From NCBI GenBank assembly GCA_963793865.1, contig CAWCBP010000004.1, positions 288,001 to 352,000 of the forward strand: 64,000 nt of DNA. The letters are read 5' to 3'. Numbering within the stretch: position 1 is the stretch's first letter; the number at the start of each line of letters is the position of its first letter. Below are positions 1 through 10,126 of this stretch, one piece after another. A program made the position numbers and the translations under genes. The notes under the pieces are model-generated. The model ran no database searches, was not told the origin of the DNA, and saw nothing but the letters and a program-made list of their open reading frames with translations. Source of the stretch: an uncultured delta proteobacterium. Lineage in GTDB: Bacteria; Desulfobacterota; WTBG01.

Positions 1-1066
1 TCATTTGAACGATCACGCAGTGCCGTCCCTCGATAAGTCTTTCCCGGTAGTAGGTTATACCCCGAATCTCCATGCTATAGGGCGGCGGTCCCGGATCCAC
101 CACCTGGTTCTCATAGCTTCCCCCGTCCGGCGGCCTGCTGGGCATGGGCGTATTTTCATCGGGGCACTGATACAGGAACGCGGAAAGCACCGCGGGTTCA
201 TAGTCAATGGTGTCGCCCTCGGGCAGGCTGATGTTTACCGTCAGGATATCGGCCTGATCGTAAAACTCGTTGCCGCGGTTGCATTCCGGGTCGACGGTGG
301 TATCAGTGACCGACCTGGTGCATTCGCAGGGTCCCCAGCAATCGCCGGCCCCGTTGCAGGTCTGTATGCCGTCGGGGCGTTCTCCGTAGCCGCTGCATTC
401 ACACTTCCTGGTTTTGCCGGGAAAGCAGGATGCCTGCTCCATGCAATCAACAATGGGGGAACCGTCATCGTCACGAACACACCGCACATCAACACCCGTA
501 CAGGCGTGATTAAAGAGGACCGAACCGTTCTCAAACATGAGCACGGCTCTCCATTTATCGGTGTCGGACGGTTTCTCCAGGGCAACATGCTCCAGCGGAT
601 GCCCCGCGGAATAGGGATCAGGCTTGTCGCAGGTGCCGGTAAAGCCGGGCTTCAGGTAGCACCCGTTGTCACCCGGGCCGTTATGGGTTGCTCCCGGCGC
701 CAGGTTGAAACAACTCATCTGCTGGGCGTCAGCATAGGTTATGTCGCCATCCACTATGGGACATGCGCCGTCTGATTCAGTGCCTGCGAATCCCGCGGTA
801 ATCGTGCGCAGCTCCGCGATGGTCGGCACCCGCCAGTCATCAAACCCGCCCAGGACCAGCTCTTCGCAGTACTGGTCCGCTTCGAACGCCCGAACCCCGA
901 TATCGTCATAATTGTATGCCTCACGCTGCGGGTCCTGCCAGCAGAGGCGGGTGTCGGGGTCGCACACGACTGTGTACTTCGTAACATTCTCTTCCTTACC
1001 ACAGGTGATGATAAGGCATGCACCCATTACCATTAAAGCCAGTAATCTAAAATATAATCGTTTCAT
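1..1066 (-). CDS. DUF1566 (Lcl C-terminal) domain Cys-rich exported/lipoprotein, 3' end runs off the window
   Basis: Not in the ORF track; translated by hand from ATG 1066: MKRLYFRLLALMVMGACLIITCGKE (signal peptide/lipobox-like), then DPDTRLCWQ...ADQYCEELVLGGFDDWRVPTIAELRTI...VRCVR, the DUF1566 pattern. Frame stays open to base 1; GGAAAGGA upstream. Confidence 0.8.
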   Translation of the reverse strand, partial: MKRLYFRLLALMVMGACLIITCGKEENVTKYTVVCDPDTRLCWQDPQREAYNYDDIGVRAFEADQYCEELVLGGFDDWRVPTIAELRTITAGFAGTESDGACPIVDGDITYADAQQMSCFNLAPGATHNGPGDNGCYLKPGFTGTCDKPDPYSAGHPLEHVALEKPSDTDKWRAVLMFENGSVLFNHACTGVDVRCVRDDDGSPIVDCMEQASCFPGKTRKCECSGYGERPDGIQTCNGAGDCWGPCECTRSVTDTTVDPECNRGNEFYDQADILTVNISLPEGDTIDYEPAVLSAFLYQCPDENTPMPSRPPDGGSYENQVVDPGPPPYSMEIRGITYYRERLIEGRHCVIVQM

Positions 1067-1385
1067 ATCCCGTCCTTTCCTTGTGGTGTTAAGGATATAT
1101 AGCCCTGTGACAGCACGCCTATAGGCAAAAGCCGTGTGTGCCTCAATACAAACTTTGAAAATGACAACGGGGAAACCATATACATACTATAGGACTAAAA
1201 TAAACAAGTACATCCCATTCTCATGCATCTATGGCCTCCCCGAACCTCTGCGGGAATTTCCCAAACCGGCATATTGCTGTAACAATTGCATATTTCAATA
1301 TAATTTGTCAACCCCATCACCAACAATTATATGCGATGGCTTGAAAATCATTGCTTCCTGTGCCTATGTCACGGGGACATTAGTA

Positions 1386-1414
1386 TTGACAGAAACGGAA
1401 GCCCCGCCTATAGT
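1386..1414 (+). promoter_or_regulatory. sigma70-type promoter
   Basis: TTGACA-17bp-TATAGT upstream of the ATG at 1495 (SD GGAAGGAG). Confidence 0.7.
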
Positions 1415-1494
1415 TTACACATCTTAAAGCATCTCTTGCCATTTATTCAAAGATTGTCAAAGCAGCTCACGACTCAGGGAAGGAGCATGCTCGC

Positions 1495-3787
1495 ATGAGA
1501 ATACACTTGAAAATCATGATACTCGGTGCAGGGCTGGCGTTACTCTTCACCGTCGCTTCCGGAAGCCTGGCGCGGGCGGAAAAGATCGGCGTTCTGGTCC
1601 TCGGCGCGGGCATGAATGAAACCTACAAGCCCGACTGGGCCGTGGGCTACATGGAGCATTTTTATCAGTCATTCATCCCTGGGCTGCTCACAGGCGGGCC
1701 CCTTGAGGGCGGCAGCTGCTACAGTCTGATCCATTACGCAAATGAGGTCGAATCGGCCATCTGCAGCCGGGTGCGCGGTGAAACTGTTCCCGAGGGCACG
1801 CCGATTGACATATTCTGCAATGAGTACAAAAACATGGAACAGTACCCGGTTCGTTCCACCTTTGAAGAGCCCCTTTTCGGCCCGGCAGGCTATTTAAACT
1901 CCTGCTATCCCAGCATCATTCCCTATTTCATCGCCACCGGCCACAGCACCACGGATCCCGCTACCGGCGAGGTCATTATCGGGCCCCATGTCAACGATCC
2001 CGAAGGCCCGGGCATTGGGATAGCCGACTTTATTGAAATGTATGCCTTTTATTATATGACCTATCACTATGAATTCAGCGCGGACGATTTCCGCTGCCCC
2101 TACCGCCGGCAGTTTCTGCGGTTCGTCTACGGCAATGACACCCCGGCCCTTTACGGGTACGAGCCCGACGCCCAGGAGTTGAGCAATCTCAAGGACGAGG
2201 TCGAAAAAGCCGTCGGCAGTGAAACCACGGTGGTTTACCGCATGGGCTGGGAAGCCTACATGCGCAACCGCGATATCTACGGCGCCGACGCCTTCATCGC
2301 CGACAGCACCGAAACGGCGCTGCGTGAACTCATCGAGGATGAACAGGTCGACCGCATAGTCGTGCTGGGCACGGGCGGCCATTATTCCAATGTCACCAAC
2401 TGGGGCTACTGCTGGCGCGACAGCGCAGGCCGTGGCGTGAGCAGCATCGATGATACCACGTTTTATGAATGTATGAATGACCTTGCCGACGGTTGCGGCC
2501 CGGACACCAGTAAAACGCTGGTAGAGCGGCTCTCCGCCAAGCCCTGGAACCAGCTTATAGCCACTTACCCCGACATTCACGACATGGCACGTACCCTCAA
2601 GCCCGAGATGAAGGTCACGTTTGCCAATTCCTTTGGCGATTACCCGGCTTTCAACCAGGCGGTTGTTGAAATGCTGAAATACACGCTGTCGAAATACGAT
2701 ATTGACCATGACTCGTCACTGAAAGTGATTCTTGCCACCCACGGCTACGGCCCGGGTTATTTGAACGGCAATGAATGCGATTCGTATTTCAAACAGTCCA
2801 AGGCCCTTGCGCAGCGCGTCATAGCCCCGGTGCAGGATTATCTTGAGGACAACTGGTCCGGCAGGAGTGAAGTGGCCCACGGCGAAAATGAATTTGCGGA
2901 GCCCTCGGCGGAGGACAGCGCGTCCGACAAGCCCGACCGGAATAACCCCATGGGGAAAATCATGAGCACCGGCGAGCACATCGACATCGCCATCAACGGA
3001 ACCTATGTGAACGGGTTCGGCCGGGCGGTTGATAACGGCAGATGACAATTTCGATTACGTGATCGTCATTCCCATCCTGTGGGACGCCGAGAACGTTGAT
3101 ACCATAACCGACTTCCGCGAGCTGACGCTGGGCAACCATGAGCTCCTGAGCGCGGGTGGCGGCAAGGCGTGGCTGCGCCAGGAGCATGACAGCGACGGCA
3201 CCGCCTACCGCATTGCCGACGATTTCGACAGCGAATTTTTTACGGTGAAGGTCATGGACGCCAGCGGCTGGGAAAGCACGCCGAAACGGACAGGCTTGAA
3301 AAAGGCCGCACCGGTAAGGAAGGGCAGCGCAGAAAAGCCGACAACCGTCATTCTGACCGGTGCGCTGCTGTCGCAGGGTAACGGCCCGGTCCGCAGTAAT
3401 TTTGTTGCCGCTGCCGCTGCCGGTATTCTTGAGGCTATTGAGGATCCATCCGTCGGCGGCTACCAGGACGAATCCTGCCAGCGGCAGGCCCTGGGAATGG
3501 TTGTCGGCTTTGAGGCCCGGCCATTTTTCGGATCAGTGCGCGTTTCATGGTCGGCGGTGGGAGAAAGCCAAACCGGCGACTTTGCCCTGTACCGCGCTTC
3601 ATCTGATGCCGGACCCTATGAAAAGCTTGACAGTGCGGGTATAGTTGCGCTTAAGAAGAGCGCTTCACACACAGAGTACCGGTATATTGACCGCCTGCCT
3701 GAAGCAGTCGCTACCCCGTACTACAGGCTGGAGCGGTCGCTTGGCGGCGCAGCAGCAACCTATGGGCCGGTCAGCGCTTCGCCGTGA
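1495..3787 (+). CDS. Exported ferrochelatase (class II chelatase)-fold protein with C-terminal FN3/Ig-like domain; one frameshift near 3040 joins ORFs 1495-3045 and 3029-3787
   Basis: Signal peptide (..GSLARA/EK), then HemH-like segments in order: KIGVLVLGAG, ETALRELIEDEQVDRIVVL..HYS, KVILATHG, DSYFKQ and, in the second ORF, VIVIPILWDAENVDT. C-terminus VRVSW..FALYRA..YRYID..YYRLE. Confidence 0.6.
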
Positions 3788-3953
3788 AATAAGGGCAGGA
3801 AGGACGGTTTTATAACACTGTATTCCCGATCAGGATGCATCATGTTTTATGGACATACGCTGCTTTTAATCAATTACCTGAAAAGTGCATTACAACCAGA
3901 TTCAAGAATAATCAGTTGCTAAAGAACCTGCTTTCCCTTCTCCTATAAAGCAC

Positions 3954-4873
3954 ATGACATCCGCCGCCATTGAAGCTGTTCAGCTTACCAAGCATTACGC
4001 GAAGGTGCGGGCCCTGGATAACCTGAGCCTTGAAGTCCGGGAGGGAGAATGCTTCGGCCTTTTAGGGCCGAACGGCGCGGGTAAAACCACCCTGGTCAAG
4101 ATACTGGTCCATCTGATCCGGCCCACCTCAGGTACCGCGCGGATATTAGCCGGCCGGCAGCGGACGAGCGTATACGGCAGCAGGTAGGATACCTTCCGGA
4201 GAAGGTGAAAATCCATCCCTTTCTCACCGGCAGCGAGTTTCTGGACTACCAGGGCATGCTCTATGGGATGGATCGCAGGCAGCGCGGGTTAAGCGCGGAG
4301 TCATGCTTGAAGCAGGTGGGCATGTATGAGGACCGCCACCGGAAAATCGGAGGGTATTCGAAGGGAATGGTGCAGCGTTTGGGGCTGGCCCAGGCCCTGC
4401 TCAATGATCCCAAACTCCTGCTCCTCGACGAACCCGCCGCAGGCCTTGACCCCATCAGCAACAAAGAGATGCGGGACATACTGTTGAATCTCAGGGAACG
4501 CGGGACAACCATATTCATCAATTCCCACCTGCTGTCGGAGATAGAAATGATCTGCGACCGGGTGGCCATTCTCAATCACGGGAAGCTGGTGGGGTCGGGA
4601 ACCAAGGAGGAGCTCACCGCCCGGACAACATCGGTCGAGCTGAAGGTGGAGGGAATAAGCGACCGGCTGCTGGAAAAGATCAAGGAAGTCGCCTCGCAGA
4701 TAACGGTGGATGGCGATACCATACTGCTCAGCCTCCGCGCCGGCGAGCCCATCAGCACGCTCCCCGAGATAATCGTCAATCAGGGGGCGAAGCTGCTTTC
4801 TTTGAACTCCCGCTCGGAATCGCTTGAAGATATCTTTTACCGGCTTGTCAAGGAAACAAAGGCAGATGAGTAA
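3954..4873 (+). CDS. ABC transporter ATP-binding protein (ABC-2/CcmA-like), frameshifted near 4150-4205
   Basis: Walker [10 protein letters not shown] in the first [11 protein letters not shown] signature, LLLLDEP Walker B and SH switch in the second ORF. Confidence 0.9.
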
Positions 4874-5656
4874 AATACTGGCCATAGCCCGGATGACGGT
4901 CAAAGGGGAGCTGCGCAACAGGCTGATCTACATACTGCTGGCCGTCGCATTGCTCTTCCTCTTCATGGCCGGGGATGCGCGCCGGCGAAAATCAACATCG
5001 AAAAGGGATTTATCAATCCCGAACAGATTACCCGGGCGGGCATGCTTTTTACCTTTAACTGCATCCTCTTCTGGGGGCTTTCCCTGTGCGGCCTGCTGGC
5101 CATGAACGCCATCCCCCGTGAGCTGGATGAGGAAACCATCGTGCTGACCATAACCAAGCCGGTCAAGCGACACTGGTTTCTGGCAGGCAAATTTCTGGGC
5201 ATCTTTTTCATAGTCTTCAGCAATATCATGGTCCTGACGCTCTGTTTCCTGCTTTTCTTTTACCTGAGAACGGGGGCTGCAGACCCCCGGATTTTTGCCG
5301 TCCTGGCCGCGGCCACGCCAAACTTTATCCTGGTTATCTCGCTTGTTTTCCTTTTGTCCCTCCTGCTCCCCAGGGCCTTGGGCGCGATTCTCACCCTTGG
5401 CGTATATGCCACCAGTTTGTGGCTGAGCGTACTTTTCTTCTTTGAGAAGGTGCGGGCTTACTGGGAACCATCATTGCCCACCCAGGTCCTCCACTACCTG
5501 CTTCCCCAGCTCGGCGGGGTGCATCTGTACGCGCTGTCCCTCATGAGTGATGTTTTCCCCTCTTCCATGGGCATGTGGGCGCTGCTGGACATCACGGCGT
5601 ACCTCATCGTTATCTGGACAATCATGATTATCGTTTTCCGGCGCAAGGCCATTTAG
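4866..5656 (+). CDS. ABC-2 type transporter permease, frameshifted near 4970
   Basis: [19 protein letters not shown] start overlaps the ATPase stop; IPRELDEETIVLTITKPVKRHWFLAGKFLG motif; several TM helices. Confidence 0.85.
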
Positions 5657-5731
5657 GAAGGCGGTGTTAGTGGAGGGAATGATTTCGCACAATAGCAGCT
5701 GAGCGAACGACGGACGTGAGCTAACACAAAC

Positions 5732-5761
5732 GCAGTGGGGCGACCGGCCGGTCGCCCCTGC
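5732..5761. repeat. REP-like palindrome, GTAGGGGCGACCGGCCGGTCGCCCCTAC family
   Basis: GGGGCGACCGG-CCGGTCGCCCC palindrome between convergent genes; related copies at 54883 and 55384. Confidence 0.8.
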
Positions 5762-5779
5762 ATTTTTCAATAGTCTTGT

Positions 5780-5977
5780 TTAATGCCTGTTTGGCACAGT
5801 ATTTCTCTTACCCTGCTGTTTTGACAGATGCCGTTTCCTGTGGGCCGGGCCGCGGGCAGTTGTATCCTCCGGGAACCGGTGGGGTGCATTCTTATCGTTT
5901 CTGTTCAGGCCTGAAAGCCTCAACTGCTTATTATAGGTCCTCAGAACGGTCTGTATCTGCTGAGTCGAAACGCTCAT
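5780..5977 (-). CDS. Small protein resembling the DVU0524 family (FlgM-associated)
   Basis: N-terminus MSVSTQQIQTVLRTYNKQLR resembles the family start motif; sigma28-like promoter upstream. Confidence 0.6.
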   Translation of the reverse strand: MSVSTQQIQTVLRTYNKQLRLSGLNRNDKNAPHRFPEDTTARGPAHRKRHLSKQQGKRNTVPNRH

Positions 5978-6038
5978 GACTTTTTCCCTGCCTGGTATTC
6001 GTTTTGACAGTATTCATTACATGTAAAGTCTCCTATAC

Positions 6039-6065
6039 TCATCGGAAAACAGGGGGAAACCTTTA
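6039..6065 (-). promoter_or_regulatory. sigma28 (FliA)-type promoter
   Basis: Minus strand TAAA-N15-TCCGATGA versus consensus TAAA-N15-GCCGATAA, about 60 bp upstream of the DVU0524-like ORF. Confidence 0.6.
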
Positions 6066-6098
6066 GCATTATGCCAAGGGGGTGGAAACGGGCATCAG

Positions 6099-6665
6099 CT
6101 ATTCCCAGGGACAATTCCAGGCGGCAGGATCCACGCCCGGCGCCACCCAGAGGGCGCGCTTGATACCCTTCACCATGTTGAAGTACTGCATCATTTCAGG
6201 AACAATCCTGGTAACGATGAGGAAGTCGGGAATGGCCGTTTGATTAAAGTCAGCAAGCTGCCGTTCCACGTGGAGCAGGTCGCAGCCCTTCTTCCATTCC
6301 GCGTCGCCCTTATGGAAGACCTGCGCGTTTCCCCAGATCCGCAGCCCGCGGGTTGACTTGTAGCCGAAGTACGGCGAGATAATGCCCACGCAGCAGCGCG
6401 GGTTTCGCTCGATGAACATTTTCTTCCACTCCACCACCTTGCCCTTTTCACCTTTTTGATAAAACTCATAGCTCCTGCCTTCCGACACCACATACAAGGT
6501 GGCACCGTCATTGCGGTATTCCACCGGTGTCGCCCGGGGAACGTTATTATGGGCGAATGCCAGGGTGCAAATATTGTTGATTTCGAGATACTCCACCATT
6601 TCCCGGTAGAGTTCGTCCTGAGTCAGCTTTCCTTTCGCCGCATCCTTTTGTTCAGTTCCCGCCAT
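6099..6665 (-). CDS. Pyridoxamine 5'-phosphate oxidase-like FMN-binding split-barrel protein
   Basis: CTLAFAHNNVPRATPVEY..LYVVSEG..KKMFIERNPRCCVGI..GLRIWGNA pattern. Confidence 0.8.
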   Translation of the reverse strand: MAGTEQKDAAKGKLTQDELYREMVEYLEINNICTLAFAHNNVPRATPVEYRNDGATLYVVSEGRSYEFYQKGEKGKVVEWKKMFIERNPRCCVGIISPYFGYKSTRGLRIWGNAQVFHKGDAEWKKGCDLLHVERQLADFNQTAIPDFLIVTRIVPEMMQYFNMVKGIKRALWVAPGVDPAAWNCPWE

Positions 6666-6782
6666 GCTCTGCTCCTTTGTTTAAATGCCTGCCTTCCAAT
6701 TACTTCATCAAAGATGCAACAGTATGTCTTTCCATCCTGTAATGTGCTTGCTATACATCCAGCCCAAATATTTTAAATTTGG

Positions 6783-6832
6783 GTAGGAGCGCCTTCAGGC
6801 GCGATGCATTCGCGGCTGAAAGCCGCTCCTAC
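6783..6832. repeat. Inverted pair of GTAG-type REP sequences
   Basis: GTAGGAGCGCCTTCAGGCGCGA tgcat TCGCGGCTGAAAGCCGCTCCTAC. Confidence 0.85.
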
Positions 6833-6912
6833 CGGTTATCAATATTTCTGAGAGAAAAACCGGCCCGCGGCTGGTAAATGCTCAGACATGGGCCTGTAAG
6901 AAAAAGCCCACT

Positions 6913-8421
6913 TCAGGAGAGCGGAGCCAGAAGGGTGATGTGCGTTCCCTTTCCGGGCGCTGATCTGACAACCATGTCTCCCTTATGCCATTGCAGCCTC
7001 TCCTTAATGCTGAACAGCCCGAATCCCTTGTTGCGGTCGGGAAGCAATTGTAAGCTCCTGGTGTCAAAGCCGACCCCGTCATCTCTCATCTCCAGCCGCA
7101 CCTGATGATCATCCTGTCTGAGCGATACCATTACATTTTTTGCATTGGCATGCTTGACAACATTGGTCAGCAGCTCTCTTGCAGCCCGGTACAAGAGCGT
7201 GCTCATATTTTGATCCATGACTTTTGGTTTTCGATCGCTTTCAAAGTTAATTTTGAGATCGTGTTCTTTATTGGCCTGGTCAACCAGCCATTCCAGGGCG
7301 GCCTCAAGCCCGAACTCATTGAGAATGGAAGGACTCATTTCATAGGACAAGGCGCGTGTATCGTTCACTGCCTTTTCAATGAGCTTGAATATTTCCTTCC
7401 AGGTTTCAGCGCTTTCGCCACCGGCTTCGGCTTTCGCCATCATTTCCAATCTTATTTTCAGCACAAACAGCGTCTGCCCGATCCTGTCATGCAGATAGTT
7501 CGAAAAGGTGCGCCTGGCATTTTCCTCTATGGCCGTCACTTCCATGGCCAAAGCCTTGAGCTTATCCCGTGCCGCAATAAGCTCTTCCTCCTTCTGTTTC
7601 ATCTCCGTTATCTCATGGGCGAAAATAACAACTTGCGAGACACTGCCCTCCCGGTCGAAAATGGGATGGATGGCATTATCAAACCAGCGGGTGCCGTTAT
7701 TATCCTGGAAATAAACCGGGATTCGTTCCCGCAGCACCTTTTTAAAGAATGCCGTTCTTTTTTTTGCCACGTCCCTGCCGAATAAATCAAGCGGCTTCTT
7801 GCCGATGAGCTGATCTCTGCTCATGTTCATTTTCCGGCAGAACGCCTCATTGGCATCGATGAGCGTGGCTTTATTATCAACCAGAACAGCAATATCCGCG
7901 GTGGCGTTTAAAAGGATCCGCGCCCGTTCTTCACTCACCCGCAGCTGCTCTTCCATCTGTATCCGGTCCGAGATTTCACGGATGATGCCGGTCACTGCAT
8001 ATGTGCCTTCCGGTTTAATAAGATGAAAGGAGCCTTCTATGGGAAATGTCTGACCGTCCTTTCGTGATCCCAGTCCCTCCCGGATGGATCCCGTGTGGGC
8101 GCTGCTAAAATTCATAGACATGGTTTTAAACTTATCCTTTTCTTTATTTCTCCTCTGTGTGGGTAAAAGTATCGATGCCGGCTTGTCCATGATCTCCTTA
8201 CGGCTGTAGCCGAACATCTGTTCAGCCTTCCGGTTAAAAGAGCTGATCCTGCCCTTGCTGTCAGTTGTCAAGATGGCATCGTTGGCATACTCAATGGTGT
8301 TTTTATATTTTTCTCTCAGCTCTCTTTGTTCCTGCTTGAGCTTTTCAATTTCAGCAACCAGGCGGCTTATTTCTTTTGATGTATCATTCGCGCGGCTTTT
8401 TGTCTTCGTTCCGGCTTTCAT
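6913..8421 (-). CDS. PAS-PAS sensor histidine kinase, HisKA_3 (NarX/UhpB-like)
   Basis: Two PAS domains; ENARRTFSNYLHDRIGQTL H-box; ELLTNVVKHA; DDGVGF; GFGLFSIKERL. Confidence 0.9.
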   Translation of the reverse strand: MKAGTKTKSRANDTSKEISRLVAEIEKLKQEQRELREKYKNTIEYANDAILTTDSKGRISSFNRKAEQMFGYSRKEIMDKPASILLPTQRRNKEKDKFKTMSMNFSSAHTGSIREGLGSRKDGQTFPIEGSFHLIKPEGTYAVTGIIREISDRIQMEEQLRVSEERARILLNATADIAVLVDNKATLIDANEAFCRKMNMSRDQLIGKKPLDLFGRDVAKKRTAFFKKVLRERIPVYFQDNNGTRWFDNAIHPIFDREGSVSQVVIFAHEITEMKQKEEELIAARDKLKALAMEVTAIEENARRTFSNYLHDRIGQTLFVLKIRLEMMAKAEAGGESAETWKEIFKLIEKAVNDTRALSYEMSPSILNEFGLEAALEWLVDQANKEHDLKINFESDRKPKVMDQNMSTLLYRAARELLTNVVKHANAKNVMVSLRQDDHQVRLEMRDDGVGFDTRSLQLLPDRNKGFGLFSIKERLQWHKGDMVVRSAPGKGTHITLLAPLS

Positions 8422-8691
8422 GCCTACCTCTGGCGATGGAGATATTTTTATCAGGTTCCCGATACCACTGCGCATCATACCCGGAAATTACAGACAATCA
8501 ATTAATTAAAATTGCATATTTGTCAAGAGGGGATGCAAAGTCGCAGAATGCTGAAGCCATAGACGGGAAATAGGAGCACCTGCTAAGTCTGGCAGTGGTC
8601 AAGGAGCTGTTTCACATTGAGTCCTTTACTGCTGTGAACATTTGTTTGCCAGGTTAAGACCGTTGACAGGAGCACTCAGGGAAAGGGATGA

Positions 8692-9003
8692 CTACCGTAC
8701 CCTGGTTAGGCAGTGTGAAGAAGCGGTTACCGTACAACAAACATAGCTCCAGTCAGTCAGATTCATGGCATTGGCATAAGAATCTGCAAGAGCTAAAGCC
8801 TTTTTTAAACCCTTATGTTTTGAAAAGTAGTTTGCTTTAATGGTACCGGCAAATAACTCTTTATCAATTGAGCTGCTGTCCACGTACACATCAAAGGCGA
8901 TCAAGCCATAGGGAATATTATTACCATCGCATATATTGCTTTTCCATAGCAACGCGACAATGAAAAGTAATCCCAGGAGAATATAAAAAATACGCTTGAT
9001 CAT
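8692..9003 (-). CDS. Small AT-rich hypothetical protein with N-terminal signal/TM segment
   Basis: 103 aa ORF; hydrophobic N-terminus; C-terminal WSYVCC..C. Confidence 0.5.
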   Translation of the reverse strand: MIKRIFYILLGLLFIVALLWKSNICDGNNIPYGLIAFDVYVDSSSIDKELFAGTIKANYFSKHKGLKKALALADSYANAMNLTDWSYVCCTVTASSHCLTRVR

Positions 9004-9107
9004 GGCATGAAGGTTTGGAAGGTTTAGGGACGTTGTTGACTAAGTGAAATTGGAAAAGTAGAAACACTTGCCTATGATTAAGGCACTCTCCTATCCGGCA
9101 CTGAATT

Positions 9108-9155
9108 CACGGCTGAAGCCGCTCCTATCGTTTGTTAAATTTCAAATGTCAAAAT
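9108..9155. repeat. Degenerate GTAG REP plus a fragment of the CAAATGTCAAA repeat arm
   Basis: CACGGCTGAAGCCGCTCCTATC followed by TTTCAAATGTCAAAA. Confidence 0.6.
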
Positions 9156-9171
9156 ACACCAACCCGGATCC

Positions 9172-9858
9172 TCATTTACCAAAAACTTTCTTCAAAAGAT
9201 CCGTTGACCGCGCGGCGGGATTTCCCCTGATCATTTTTTCCTGCTGTCCAAGCATCAAAAAAAGACCATCGCCTGACTTCCGGGTCACATAATCATCAAG
9301 GTCAACCTCCATCCCGCGCATAAAAGGCATGGTCTTGGTCCTGCCCATAATGTTTTCATAAAGGCGGGTCGTGCCCACCTCGGACATGGTTGATGAGATG
9401 ATGGGCTTAAATTCCTTGTAAATCCTATCCGAGGTCTTCAGCTTAAAATAATCCGTCGCCGCGGTATCACCGCCATTAAGAATCTTCTGCGCGTCCTCAA
9501 GCTTCATGTTTTTTATGGCATCGGCAAATATGGAGGCTGCTTTCGGGGCCGCCTTCTCCGCCGCCCTGTTCATGCTGAGAATAAATGCATCGACCTGTTT
9601 CTGCATACCCGCCTTGCTCAGAGCGTCCGTTACCATGCGCATCTTTTCCGGCATCAGAATTTTAATCATTTTATTGCCGAAATATCCGTCTTGCTTCCCG
9701 ACAAGGGCAATTGCTTTTTCCGTGCTCAGGGCGAGCGCCTCTTTAAGACCTGATATTATGGTTGCCTGATCAAGTGCGGCTGTTGCGGAATGAGCAATCC
9801 ACAGCATGCCACTTCCGGCGGCCAGGACAAGCATGGTTTTATAAATTTTTCGTCTCAT
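9172..9858 (-). CDS. DUF4197 domain exported protein
   Basis: GLKEAL..GYFGN..IKILMPE..MNRAAEKAAP..ILNGGDTAATDYF..LDDYVT..GLF..EKMIR.NPAAR.TDLLKKVFG. Confidence 0.9.
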   Translation of the reverse strand: MRRKIYKTMLVLAAGSGMLWIAHSATAALDQATIISGLKEALALSTEKAIALVGKQDGYFGNKMIKILMPEKMRMVTDALSKAGMQKQVDAFILSMNRAAEKAAPKAASIFADAIKNMKLEDAQKILNGGDTAATDYFKLKTSDRIYKEFKPIISSTMSEVGTTRLYENIMGRTKTMPFMRGMEVDLDDYVTRKSGDGLFLMLGQQEKMIRGNPAARSTDLLKKVFGK

Positions 9859-9933
9859 GGGATTTTCTCCTTTGCGATTAACGGGTCAATGAATACTTTA
9901 TTGTTTCCATAGAAAGCTCATTTATTCAAGGAC

Positions 9934-9971
9934 AAAAAAACAGCCCCCAGCCTGCCAAGGCCAAGTGGCTA
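9934..9971 (-). terminator. Rho-independent terminator-like hairpin
   Basis: Minus strand AGCCACTTGGCC-loop-GGCTGGGGGCT followed by a T7 tract. Confidence 0.55.
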
Positions 9972-10126
9972 TTTTGCAAAGGGAACATTCCCTCCCTATT
10001 AAGGGGAAACCAACAATCAATGTCCTCCGCGTGCCGGCCGGAGGTAGTAGAGTTCTCTCGTAAGGTCCCTGTCCACATCGCCGCAGCCCATGGACATATG
10101 CCAAGCACCAACCGGTGACCCTGCCG

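Noticed and set aside
5..775. 256-aa + strand ORF
   Set aside because: Antisense shadow of the minus-strand DUF1566 gene; no recognisable motifs.
3029..3045. Programmed frameshift or selenocysteine recoding at TGA 3043-3045
   Set aside because: The continuation is in a different frame, so it is not Sec. There is no slippery heptamer, and similar indels occur in essential genes, so assembly error is more likely.
6060..6080. sigma54 promoter at TTGGCAT on the minus strand
   Set aside because: No TTGC at the required -12 spacing; the sigma28 match fits better.
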